Below, piece after piece: positions 50,582 through 62,730 of a stretch of DNA of 64,000 nt; the first letter of the stretch is position 1; every line of letters starts with the position of its first letter. Where the stretch lies: the NCBI GenBank assembly GCA_963734495.1, contig CAVTHK010000016.1, positions 256,001 to 320,000 on the forward strand. Reading direction: 5' to 3'. The notes beneath the pieces are model-generated. The model was not told the DNA's origin. It made no database searches and worked only from the letters and a program-made list of their open reading frames with translations. Made by a program: the position numbers and the translations under genes. Source of the DNA: an uncultured Spirochaetota bacterium (GTDB lineage: Bacteria > Spirochaetota > Spirochaetia > SZUA-6 > CAVTHK01).

Positions 50582-51539
50582 ATGACGAGAGTCGTTGCCC
50601 TGTTGATGGCGATCGGCGTTTCGGCTTGTGCGGCTGCTCAGGAAGCGCAGACCGCGCCGCCCGGCACGTCGTGGTGGCGCGCCGACGCGACCTTCTTTTT
50701 CGCCAACAACATCTTCGACGATGGCGGGGATCGCAGGGCTTCCGATGCCCCTTCGCGCGACGTTTCGCTCGGCTTCGCGGTCGAGCTCGGCCTCACCGAC
50801 CGGGTCTCCCTCGAGCTCGACTGGCTGCCGGGCTACGACGTGTGGTCCACGCTGGACGGCGCCGGAAAGACCGACTTCCCGGACGGCCAGGCGACCCGCG
50901 ACGGCCCTCGCGACCTTTGGGCCGCCGCGAGGTTCCAGATCATCGGAGATTCCGGCCTCGCGGCTGCAGAGCGAGCAGCTGCGGCTCGTCGCGGCGCCGG
51001 GGCTGGTCGTGCCGCTCCCCGAGCCCGACTGGCAGACGCAGAACGCGAGGGCGCTCGACGGCAAGCGGTACGTCCTCGAGAACCCGGACCGGCATGCGCT
51101 CGGGGCCGGGGTCCGCGTCGCGGGCGAGTACGTGTTTGCCGAGTCTTTCAGCCTCCTCGCCCGCGCCTCCTACGTCCAGTTCGCCGCCAGGCGAACCGCG
51201 ACGGCCCAGAGCCCGGCCACGGAGCAGAAAACCGATTACGGGTACCAGCTGACCCTCGCCGTGGAGCCGCAGGGCTCCGTCGACCTCGGCCGGGTGGCTC
51301 TCCGCGCGGGTCTCGAGCTCAAGGACGTGCTGGTGCCGGACACGATCGTCGACGGGACGGTCGCGGTGAACGAGGGTTTCCTCGCGACCGCCGAGCCGTG
51401 GTTCGGGGTGGTGCTCGCCGCGCGCGCGAACCCGCTGCTCTTCTCGCTGGGCTACATCGTGCCCGTGGCGGGCCGCAACAACGAGGCGCAGAACGGCATC
51501 CGCATCTCGGTCGAGTCCGCCGCGGCTCGGGGCCGGTAG
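50582..51539 (+). CDS. exported, probably outer-membrane beta-barrel protein (indel near 50965)
   Basis: Signal peptide; alternating hydrophobic beta-strands (VELGLTDRVSLELDW, GAGVRVAGEYVF, FSLGYIVPVAGRN). Confidence 0.55.
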
Positions 51540-51637
51540 GCACGCGGCCCTCCCGCGGCCGAGCCGCGCTCTTGACTCACGGGCGCCCTGCGGTCATTCT
51601 CGCGTTGGCACACGAGTTCTGACACGGAGGCGGGGGA

Positions 51638-51901
51638 ATGACTACCTGGACGACGATCTACCTGATCCTTGCCGTGCTCGCCGGCGGCCTCGGCATCTGG
51701 AACCTCGCGAGGGGCCGCAACCCGTACCTGAGCGTGGCGGGCCTGCTGTGGTTCGTGGCGGTGCTGCTGCGCTTTTTCGTTCCGCAACTCGCGGACGTCG
51801 TGATCGTCAGCGGCATCCCGGAGCTGGGGGCGCTGGTGCTGTACGCGGCCGTCCCCCTCTTCATGATTCTCGCCTTCTTCAACGTGGGGAGCCGGAGATA
51901 G
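51638..51901 (+). CDS. small integral membrane protein (3 TM)
   Basis: 87 aa hydrophobic ORF with purine-rich RBS. Confidence 0.65.
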   Translation: MTTWTTIYLILAVLAGGLGIWNLARGRNPYLSVAGLLWFVAVLLRFFVPQLADVVIVSGIPELGALVLYAAVPLFMILAFFNVGSRR

Positions 51902-51917
51902 AACGGGCGCGAGCGCG

Positions 51918-53125
51918 ATGAACGACGTCGCCACCGCCGGGCGCCGGCGGCGCGCGAGCGGGCCAGGCGCTCCCGCCGCGGTGCGGGAGACGATCGAGGG
52001 CTACCTCTTCGTCCTGCCTGCCGCCCTCGTGATCCTCGTCTTCGGAATCTGTCCCGGTCTTCTTCACGGTGATCGTCAGCCTCAACCGCTGGCGGATCAA
52101 GCCGGGACGCGTTGATCGGCCTCGAGAACTATCCTGGAGGTTTTCGGCGGGCCGGCCGCTTCTGATCTGCGTCGCGGCGGCCGCGGCGCTGCTCGCGGTC
52201 GCCGGCTGGCTGAGGCGCGGCGGCAGGCGCCGGGCGGCGGCTCGCCGGCGCGTCTCGCGATCGCGTTCGCAGCTGCGCGATCGCTGCTCGTGGCGCTGCC
52301 GCGTGGTCCGGGCTTCCGGCGACGCGGAGATGCTCGACTCGCTGCGGGTCACGGTCTGGTACTCGCTCGGCACCGTGCCCGTGCAGCTCGGCCTCGGGCT
52401 GCTGCTGGCCCTTCTGCTGGACGCGAAGTTCCGCGGCAAGCAGGCCTTCCGCGTCATCTTCCTGCTGCCCTACGTCGTGCCGGCCGTCGCGTCGGCCACG
52501 GTGTTCGAGCGGCTCTTCTCGCTGCGGCCGGAGTCGTTCGCGAACCAGGTGCTCGCCCTGTTTCAGGCTCCGCCCGCAGCAGTGGCTGCGGGAGACGCGC
52601 GGCGTGCTCGAGATGGCCTTCGGCTGGGGGCGCGGGAGCGCGGCCGACGCCGCCTCGGCCGCGGCCTACTGGCTGGGGTGGGCGCAGGGGCCCGAGCCTC
52701 GCCCTCGTCGTCGATCATGTTCTACAACTACTGGGTGTTCATCGGTTACTACGCGCTGATCTACGCCAACGGGCTCGCGAACATCCCCCGCGAGCTCTAC
52801 GAGGCCGCCGAGGTCGACGGCGCCAGGCGCTCGACCGTCTTTTTCAAGATCGTGGTGCCGCTGCTGTCGCCCACGACGTTCTTCCTCTCCACGCTCGGCG
52901 TCATCGGGACGTTCAAGGCCTTCAACCACATCTACGTGCTGCGCAACCCCGACGCCCAGGGGGCGGCAGACCCTGTCAGCGTGTATATCTTCTTCACCTT
53001 CTTCAGCAAGTCGCGCTTCGGGTACGCGGCGGCGATGGCGCTGGTGCTGTTCGTGATCGTCATGGGCCTTACGTACCTCCAGCGTCGCGTCATGAGCAAG
53101 CAGGGTCTTCTATGGCGACGATTGA
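51918..53125 (+). CDS. carbohydrate ABC importer permease (MalF/UgpA-like), several indels
   Basis: GYLFVLPA, FRVIFLLPYV, IPRELYEAAEVDGA EAA loop, FGYAAAMA. Confidence 0.85.
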
Positions 53126-53992
53126 GGCTCGCGCGCGGCTCCTCAGCCGCAGCCGAGGCCTCGCTGAACAGTGCGCGCTACGCCGTGCTGCGCGCGGGCG
53201 CGTTCGTCGCGTTGTTGCCTTTTCTGTACATGGTGGCGACGTCTCTCAAGAGCTACGGCGAGACGGTGACCGGGTGAGCGCCATCCCGTTTCACCCGGAC
53301 TTCTGGCCGACGAAGCCGATGTGGGAGAACTACGTCACCGCCTGGCGGGAGGTCAACCTCGGCCGCTACTTCCTCAACAGCGTCGTGATCGGGATCGTCA
53401 CCGTGGCCGGGGCCTGCACGACCGCCGCGCTCGCGGCGTACGCGTTCGCCAAGATGCGTTTCTACGGGCGCAATTGCGATCTTCTCCGCGATCCTCGCGA
53501 CGCTGATCATCCCCGAGACCGTGCTGCTCATCCCGAACTTCATCGTGGTTTCCGCCCTCGGGTGGGTCGACACGCTCGCCGCTCTGACCGTGCCCTTCCT
53601 GGCGAACGCCTTCGACATCTTTCTCCTCAGGCAGTTCTTCAACCAGGTGCCGAACGCCCTGCTGGAGACCGCGCGGATGGACGGCGCCAGTCACCTCAGG
53701 CGTCCTCGTGCAACGTCGTGGTGCCGCTTTCGCCAGGGACCCCTCTCGACCGTGGCCTTCCTCGATTTCCTCGGGCTCCTGGAATGCCCTCCAGTGGCCC
53801 CTGGTCGTGACCCAGACGCCGCGGTGGCGGCCGATCTCCGTCGGCCTCACGCGCTTCATCGCCGAGTCGGGACCGGAGACCCAGCTGCGGCTGGCGGGCG
53901 CGACGATCGCGCTCGTCCCGGTCGTGTTCGTGTATATTCTGGCCCAGAGGCAGATCACCGAAGCGATCTCCCGCACGGGCATCAAGGGGTAG
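53112..53992 (+). CDS. carbohydrate ABC importer permease (MalG/UgpE-like), several indels
   Basis: WENYVTAW, YFLNS, AAYAFAK, FLLRQFF..LLETARMDGA, SWNALQWPL. Confidence 0.85.
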
Positions 53993-54045
53993 GAAGTCGG
54001 GAGAGGACGCCTCCGGGCGTCCGCAGAGTCAGAGGAGGTAAGAGG

Positions 54046-55383
54046 ATGAGATTCGATCAGACTGGCACTCGCAGCCGGTCTCGCGGCGGCGCTGGCGGCC
54101 CCGCTGGCCTTCGCGGAGCGGCGGCGCGAGGCGCGCGGCCAAGTCGGCGCTCGCAGACGTCGACCCCACGGGCGCGACGGTCGTCTACTGGCATCAGCAT
54201 TCGCCGGCAGCGCGAAGACGCGCTGAACAAGATGATCGCCGAGTTCAACAGCACGAACCCGTACAAGATCACGGTCAAGGGCGAGTATGCGGGCGGCTAC
54301 AACGACATCTACAACAAGATGGTCGCGGCCATCGCCGGCGGCGCCAAGCCCAGACCTCGTCGTCGCCTACCAGAACCAGGCGGCAGCCTACCAGGTCAGC
54401 GACGCGCTCGTCGACCTGAACCCCTACGTCTAGCGACAAGAAATGGGGCCTCGGCGACGACATCAAGGACTTCTTCGAGGGCTTCATCAACCAGGACGTG
54501 AACGCCCAGTTCGGGGGCCAGCGCCTCGGGTTCCCGCCGAACCGGTCGATGGAGGTCGTGTACTACAACAAGACCTGGATGCAGCAGAGCGGCACCGCCG
54601 AGCCGCCGGCCACCTGGGATGCGTTCTTCGAGGCGTGCCGCAAGGCCACCGACCGGCCAAGGGCACCTACGGCTACGCGATCAGCACCGACGCGTCGAAC
54701 ATCTTTGCGCAGGTCATCAGCCGCGGCGGCGACATCGCGAAGAAGGACGGCACGGGCTACACTTTCAACACGCCCGAGATGAAGGCGTCCATGCAGTTCG
54801 ATGAAGAAGCTCTACGACGCGGGCTACAGCCGCAAGATCGCCGAGAAGTACGGCGACCAGACGGACTTCGGCAACGCGAAGGTCATGTTCACCATGAGCT
54901 CCACCTCTGGGCTCCCGTTCTACGATCAGGCGGTCGCGGCGGGGAAGGCCGGCAAGTTCGACTGGAGCGTGGCGGCGATCCCGCACACCACCCCCAAGGC
55001 GGTGCAGAACATCTACGGCGCGTCGCTGAGCGTCCCCAAGTCGACGCCGCAGAAGCAGCTCGCGGCGTGGCTGTTCATCAAGTGGATGTCGGAGCCCAAG
55101 CAGCAGGCCACAGTGGGTCGAGGTGTCGGGATACTTCCCGGTGCGGAACTCGAGCCTCGCGAGCCTCGGGGACTACACGGTCAAGAACCCGAAGTTCGGC
55201 GACGCCTTCAAGCTGCTGCAGACGTCGACGCTCAAGGCCGAGCCGCCGTTCGCCGGCTACGACGTCGTGCGCGACGCGATGAGCTCCGCGCTCAACGCGA
55301 TCCTCGACGGCGCCGACATCGACAAGACCCTCGCCGATCTCGATGCCAAGGCGAACAAGATTCACAAGGAGTCCAAGCCGTAA
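54046..55383 (+). CDS. ABC substrate-binding protein (UgpB-like family 1), several indels
   Basis: [53 protein letters not shown]. Confidence 0.8.
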
Positions 55384-55406
55384 CCCGGGCTCGGTCCGAG
55401 ACGAGC

Positions 55407-55437
55407 AGGGCGGGGGCAGGCTCCAGCCCTTTTTTTG
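55407..55437 (+). terminator. intrinsic terminator after the sugar ABC operon
   Basis: Imperfect GC stem AGGGC...GCCCT followed by a T-run, between convergent genes. Confidence 0.55.
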
Positions 55438-55501
55438 GGCCCGCGGGGCGGGCGGAGGGGCGTCGAGCGGCCGGTCAGCGCGGTCAGTCGCGGTCTGGCG
55501 G

Positions 55502-57007
55502 TCAGTAGCTCCGGGCGAAGACGACACGCCCCTTGCTCGGCTCGCCCGTGAAGGGGCAGCGGCCGGGCCCGCTGCTCTTCGTAGTCCGAGCGGGATGCAG
55601 CGAATCGTCACGGAAAGCTCCTGCCTTGATGCGCTCCTCGACCTGCGGGCTGCCGTTCCAGTGGGCCAGGGCGAACCCGCCGCCGTCCTCCGCGAAGTAC
55701 TCGCGGAACTGCTTTTCCGTGTCGATCTCGCGCGTGTTGGCCTTGAGGAACTCGCGCGCCCGCTCGAGCAGTCCTCGCTGGATGTCCTCGAGCGTCTGCG
55801 GAATCGTCTCGACGAACTGCTCCCTCGGCAGGCTCGTCTTTTCGGTCTTGTCGCGGCGGGCAAAGAAGACCCCGCCCTTCTCGATGTCGCGCGGCCCGAT
55901 CTCCGCGCGGACGGGAATGCCCTTCTTGACCCAGTCCCAGCTGCGCTCGCCCGCGTTCGACTCGCGGCGGTCGACGATGACCTCGACGGGCTTGCCGTCG
56001 TACACGCGGCCGCGCAGCTGCGCGGCGATCCGGTCGCAGTAGCCGAGGACGGGCGCCTTGTCGGCTTCGCTGCGGATGATCGGCAGCAGCGCCACGTGGG
56101 CGGGCGCGATCCGCGGGCGGCATGACGACGCCGTTGTCGTCGCCGTGCACCATGACGAGGCCGCCGATCAGGCGCGTGGACACGCCCCAGCTCGTGGTCC
56201 AGGCGTGCTCCTCCTTGCCTTCGCGCGACTGGAAGCGGATCCCCGAGGCCTTCGCGAAGTTCTGTCCCGAGGAAGTGGCTGGTGCCCGCCTGCAGCGCCT
56301 TGCGGTCCTGCATCAGGGCCTCGATGCAGTAGGTCGCGACGGCGCCCGGGAAACCGCTCCGCCGCGGTCTTCTCTCCGGTGAGGACCGGGCATGGCCATG
56401 TAGCTCCTCGGCGAACGTCGCGGTAGATCTCGAGGATGCGCATCGTCTCCTCGCGCGCCTCCGCCTCGGTCTCGTGGGCGGTGTGCCCTTCCTGCCAGAG
56501 GAACTCCGTCGGTCCGCAGGAACAGGCGCGGTGCGCATCTCCCAGCGGACGACGTTGGCCCACTGGTTGATGAGCAGGGGCAGGTCGCGATAGCTCTGCA
56601 CCCATCGGGCGAAGGTCTCGCCGATGATGGTCTCGCTGGTCGGCCGCACGACGAGGGGCTCGTCCAGTGGCGAGGCCGGCACGAGCTTGCCGTCGGGGCC
56701 CGGCTCCAGCCGGTGGTGCGTGACGACCGCGCACTCCTTGGCGAACCCCTTGACGTGCTCGGCTTCCTTCTGGAAGTAGGAGAGGGGAATGAAGAGCGGG
56801 AAGTAGGCGTTCGACGTGCCCTGTGGCCTTGAACATCCGGTCGAGGGCCGCGCGCATGTTCTCCCAGAGCTGGTAGCCCCAGGGCTTGATCACCATGCAG
56901 CCGCGCACGGCGCTGTTCTCGGCCAGATCGGCCGCTCGCACGACCTGCTGGTACCACTCGGAATAGTCCTGCTCACGCGTGGGCGTGATGGCGGTCCTGG
57001 CTGCCAC
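55502..57007 (-). CDS. proS: prolyl-tRNA synthetase, archaeal/eukaryote-like type, many indels
   Basis: [65 protein letters not shown]-terminal FARSY. Confidence 0.93.
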
Positions 57008-57034
57008 GTCATCCTCCGGATGCGGCCTTCGCGG

Positions 57035-58821
57035 TCACTCTGGGCGATGTCGAGAAGGTCGCGATCGTTGTCTGGGATTTTCTTCGAACTCGTTGAACAG
57101 CTTGATCCTGCTTGAAGGTCTCGTGTGTGCTTGAGGAAGCGCGTCGACGATATCGGGGTCGAAGTGAGTTCCGCGCTCCCTGCCGATGATGCGCGACGGC
57201 CTCGTCGTGGGAAAAGGCCCTCTTGTAGGGGCGCTCGGTCGTGAGCGCGTCGTAGACGTCGGCCAGGGCGACGATCCGCGCCGAAAGCGGTATCTGGTCG
57301 CCGCTTGCGGCCTTCGGGGTACCCGGAGCCGTCCCACCACTCGTGATGGTGGTAGGCGATCTCCTTGCCGAGCGTCAGGAACGACTCCTGCTTGATCTCG
57401 CTGTCGACGGCGCTCAGCGCGTCGCCCCCGATCCGCGCGTGCTCCTTCATCCGTCGAATATTCGTCCGTCGTCAGCTTGCCGGGCTTGATGATGATGCTG
57501 TTCTCCACGCCCACCTTGCCGACGTCGTGGAGGATCGCCGACAGGCACAGGTCCTCGATGTAGTCGTCGGTGATGTAGCTGGTGTAGCGGGGGTTCTCAC
57601 GGAGGTGCGAAGCGAGGACGCGAGTGTAGTCCTGGATCCGGTGCAGGTGCCGGCCCGTGTCCTTGTCGCGGTATTCGGTGAGCCACGCAAACCCGCGGAT
57701 CGTGGCCGACTGCGTCTCCTTGATCCGGTCGAAGCTCTCCTTGAGCTTCTGCTCGAGGCGCACGCTTTCCGTGCGGTCCTGCTCCATGATCGAGTAGCCC
57801 AGAAGCTCGCTCAGCGAGTTCCGCAGCTCGCCGTACGACGCGTAGACGAACCGCCGGGCGCCGCCCTTGCAGACCCGCGGGACACCGGTCTCGACGAGCC
57901 GGCCGCCGTTGTCGGCGACCATGGCCATGATCGCCGGCATGGGGGGGCGTTCGGCGGGCAGGCCGACGATCTCGTCGAACTCGCGGCCGACGACCTCCTC
58001 CCAGCCGTAGCCGTACATCTCCTCGGCGCCGTCGTTCCAGTTCAGGATCGACGCCTTCGGGGTCGACGATCACGATCGAAGAGAGGGAACGTGTCGAACA
58101 GCATGATGTAGTTCCGCTCGGCGATCCCGAGACGCTGTTCGAGGTTTCTCAGGTACGTGACGTCGCGCATCTGGCAGGTGTAGCCGGTGATCGCGCCGTT
58201 CTCGTCGCGGGTGACCCATGAGGTATCGAGCACTCGCTTGAGCTGGCCGTCGGCGGTGCGGATGTGGGTCTCGGAGTTGTACAGCGACCCGGCCTCGAGC
58301 AGGCGCGTCGCCCTCGTCTTCGAATTCCCTGCGGCTGGCAAAGAGCTCCGGCGAACGTCCGGGGCGCCCTGTCGCGCGCCGCGCCGATCATCCGGTAGTA
58401 CGAGGGATTGGCAGCCAGGATGCGGCCGGTAAGGTCGACGGAAACCAGAGCATCGCCCGCGTTGTTGAAGAGGAGGTCGTAATCGCTGCGGCGCGTGCCC
58501 TGTCTCCCTGACCCGAACCATGCGGAAGCGTTTCGCGGTCGCTGTCGACCGCGAAGCAGGAGACCCGGAAGACATCTGCAGTCCGCGCGATGTGAGGATC
58601 TCGCTGGGTCTCTCGCCGGACTCGCCCCGCGCGCACCACTCCGCGCCCCTCAGGATGTCGGCCTGCCGGGCGCGCAGCTCGGAGCTGTTCCATCCGGTCA
58701 GCTTGAGGAAGACATCGTTGAAAAACACGACTTCGCCGTGGCCATCGACGATCAGGAAACCGTCGGTGAACTCCTCGATGATCCTGAGAATCACGTTGGG
58801 GAAGGGCCCCGGTTGCGTCAT
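57035..58821 (-). CDS. multi-PAS HD-GYP phosphodiesterase (several indels)
   Basis: PAS segments; EYRDKDTGRHLHRI, LHDVGKVG, HHEWWDGSGYP, ALADVYDALT..RPYK, GTHFDP. Confidence 0.85.
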
Positions 58822-59164
58822 TGCCGTCTTTTTTCTACTGCCTGCGGGGTAACCATATAGGGCGCCGGGCGGGCCGTCAAGCCGTGTCGGCCGGAAAGAC
58901 GGCGATCATGCTCGCCCTGCGCCTGACACGTCTCGCGGCGCGCTTCCAGCCCCGGCACTCGCGCCATCTGCGGCGAGTATCCGGCGAGTACGCCGGACCA
59001 GGGCGCGCCGGACCAGCCCGTGGCCTGCGGCCACGGGCAAGGGCGCTTGGCTGTGCCGGGCAACCCAACCCCGCTTCGCGCGCTTCGCGGGCTTGGGTTG
59101 ACCGGCGGGAGGTTTTTCCATATCGTGACTGCGCGTGCCCGCGCTTCGGCAGGGCGGAGGACCC

Positions 59165-60918
59165 GTGGACGAGGATCTGTTGTACAGGATTCGGCACTCG
59201 GCGTCGCACGTGATGGCGCAGGCCGTGCTGGAGCGCTTTCCCGAAGCGAAGCTCGCGATCGGACCGCCGATCGACAACGGCTTCTACTACGATTTCGACC
59301 TCCCGCGCCCGCTGCGCGACGAAGACCTCGCCGCGATCGAGGCGCGCATGAAGGAGATCGTGCGCGGGAAGCATCCCTTCCATCGAGAGGTCCTGTCTCG
59401 CGAACAAGCGCGGCGGCGCTTCAAGGATCAGCCCTACAAGCTCGAGCTGATCGACGACCTGCCCGAAGGCGAGGAGATCTCCCTCTTTACGCGACGACAA
59501 GTTCACCGACCTCTGCCGCGGGCCCCACGTCGCCGACACCTCCGAGATCGACCCGGACGCCTTGAAGCTGCTGTCCGTGGCGGGCGCCTACTGGCGCGGC
59601 GACGAGAAGCGGCCCATGCTGCAGCGCATCTACGGCACGGCGTGGGCCACGGCCGCGGACCTCAAGGCGCACCTCGCGCATCTCGAGGAGATCGAGAAGC
59701 GCGACCACCGCAGGCTCGGCAGGGAGCTCGACCTCTTCTCGACCCACGAGGAAGCGGGCGCCGGCCTCATCTACTGGCACCCCAAGGGCGGGCGCATCCG
59801 CAACGTCATCGAGGATTTCTGGAAGAGCCAGCACTTCAAGAACGGCTACGAGCTGCTCTACACGCCGCACATGGGTCGGGCGTGGCTCTGGGAGACCTCG
59901 GGGCACCTGGGCTTCTACAAGGAGAACATGTACGCCCCGATGACCATCGACGAGATGGACTACTTCATCAAGCCGATGAACTGCCCCTTCCACATCCTGA
60001 TCTACAAGTCGCGCACGCGCTCGTACCGCGACCTCCCGCTGCGGTGGGCCGAGCTCGGGACCGTCTACCGCTACGAGCGCTCCGGCGTGCTGCACGGGCT
60101 GCTGCGCGTCCGCGGCTTCACGCAGGACGACGCCCACATCTTCTGCACCCCGGAACAGATGGAGAGCGAGGTGCTCGAGGTCCTTCGCTTCTCGCTTTCC
60201 ATATGGAAGGCCTTTGGCTTTACCGAGATCAAGGCGTACCTCGCCACGCGGCCCGAGCACAGCGTCGGAGACGAGGAGCGCTGGAACCAGGCGACCGCGT
60301 CCTTGAAGAAGGCGATCGAAACCGAGGGGATGCCCTACGAGATGGACGAGGGGGGCGGCGCCTTCTACGGTCCCAAGATCGACCTCAAGATCAAGGACGC
60401 GCTCGGCCGCGAGTGGCAGATGACCACGATCCAGTTCGACTTCAACGAGCCCGACCGCTTCGAGATGACTTTCGTCGACAGCGACGGCAAGGAGAAGCGG
60501 CCCTACATGGTGCACAGGGCGCTTCTCGGGTCGATCGAGCGGTTCTTCGGCGTCCTGATCGAGCAGTACTCCGGCGCCTTCCCGGTCTGGCTCGCGCCGG
60601 TGCAGGCGGTGGTGATCCCCGTCGCTCCGGCGTTTGCCGGCTACGCGAAGGAAGTGGCGGACGAGCTCGTCCGCGAAGGCTTCCGCGCGGAAGTCGACTC
60701 AAGCGACAATCGGATGAACGCGAAGATACGCAACGCCCAGGCGCTCAAGATCCCGTACATGCTGGTGGTGGGGGAGAAGGAACAGGCGGCGAAGGCGGTT
60801 TCGGTGCGGCTGCGCACCGGCGAGCAGGCCAACGGGGTGCCGCAGGCGGCGATTCGTCGAAACCCTGGCTGCCAAGGTGGCGGACCGGACCGCGGACCTC
60901 GCTATTTCTCCTGCATGA
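59165..60918 (+). CDS. thrS: threonyl-tRNA synthetase, lacking N-terminal TGS domain (indels near 59490 and 60850)
   Basis: [68 protein letters not shown]. Confidence 0.95.
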
Positions 60919-62566
60919 TCTCGACGCCGCCCCAGTCCGCGGGGGGCGGCTCGACCTGGTAGCGCTCGCAGCGCTCGGCCAGCACCTGCGAAGCGTAGTC
61001 GCCGGGGAGGAACTGCTGCACCTCCTTGAACAGGACGGCGGCTCGATCGAAGCGCCGCTTGTAGTAGGCGTCCATGGCCGCGTGGTGGATGCCCCACGCC
61101 TTCTGCTCGGCCTCCGAAGCCGCGACCTGGGCGCGAATATCTTGACGCCCTGCTCCTTGCCCTTGACGGCGACGCTGTCGATGAGCCGGCAGGGCACCTT
61201 GTCCTTGACGCTCCTGTGGACGCTCGCGGAGATCAGCACCGGCTCGTGGTACTTCTTGGTGAGACCCTCGAGCCGGGAGGCGAGGTTCACCATGTCGCCG
61301 ATGACCGTGTAGTTCATCTTCTGCTCGGTGCCCATGTTGCCGACCGTGACGACGCCGTAGTTGATGCCGACGCCGATCTGCCACTCCTTCTTGCCGGCCG
61401 CGCGCAGCTTTGCGTTGAACGGCTCGAGCCCACTCGATCATCTCGAACGCCGGCCATCACGGACTGCAGGGCGTCGTCCGCCCCTTTGACCGGCGTGCCC
61501 CAGAACGCCATGATCGCGTCGCCGATGTACTTGTCCACGATGCCGTTGCGCTTCATGATCGCGTCGACCATCGGCTCGAAGTAGCGGTTGAGCCATTCGA
61601 CGAGCTCGTCGGAGCTCAGGCCCTCGGAGATCGTCGTGAAGCCGCGGATGTCCGAGAACAGCAGCGCGAGGATCCGGTCCTCGCCGACGCAGGGCCTGCT
61701 CCGGGTTCTTGATGACCGAGTCGATCACGTGCTGCGGCACGTACGTCTGGAAGATGCTGCGGATCTTCTGCTCGCGCTTGCGGGCCACGACCGCGTCGAA
61801 GGCGAAGGTCTTGATCTTGTTGTACGCCTTCTCGAGCTCGCCCACCATGATGTTGAAGGTGTGCGCCAGCTCGCCCGTCTCGTCGCGGTATTCCACCGGC
61901 GACGCGCTCCGTGAGGTCGTTGTAGGTGATGATGTCGCGCATCGTCACCACGACCCGGGTCAGAGGGCTCGTGAGGTAGCGGGCGAAGACGACGAGCATG
62001 ACGATCGCGAGGATCGAGGAGGCCCCCAGGATGATCCCGGTCTGGTAGGTGATCCGGTTGACGTCGCTGTAGAACGTGTCGCGCTCGTCCGTGATCATCA
62101 CGTACCAGCCGAAAGGCTCGAAGAAGAAGCCCTTGGCCACGCGGCCCTCGCCGTCGAGCCGTAGGTCGGTCTGCAGATCGGTCGTCCGCGATGCGACCAG
62201 GCGCTTCACGCCGTCGAGCTCGTCCGGCCTCACGGTGAGGTCCGCGGTCTGCATGACCAGGTTCCCGTCCGCGTCAAAGGCGGCGGTCACCTCCGTGGCG
62301 CTGCGTGAAACGCTCCGCGCGTAGGCTGCTACCGCCTGCTTGGTCGCCGCAACGTACTCCGGCCGCCCGGCGAAGCCGTTCTCGACGAGCAGCTGCCACT
62401 GCCCTTCGGCGTACTTGCGGAGCTCGGTGGCCTTGAAGTCGAGGAACTCGCGGGCGAGCCGGGTGATGCCGTTGGCGGCCGAGGCATACGACGATATGCC
62501 GGCGAGCAGCAGGGTGGTGATGATCAGAGGCAGCACCACCAGCACGATCTTGGCGCGGATTCTCAT
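60902..62566 (-). CDS. membrane HAMP-domain class III adenylate/guanylate cyclase (several indels)
   Basis: Two TMs around a periplasmic domain, HAMP ([11 protein letters not shown]), [44 protein letters not shown] tail. Confidence 0.88.
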
Positions 62567-62730
62567 CGGGGACTCACTTCCATTCTCGGACCTCGCGAGG
62601 GGCAGGTTTACGGGGCGCGCGGGGCAGAATCGGGCGGAGCTTCCGCGCGCTGCGGGCACCGCCCGCGGGCCGCGCCAAGCCGGCATTTTCTGCTTGGCGT
62701 CACAGGGCGATCAGGATATCATCCGCTGCG

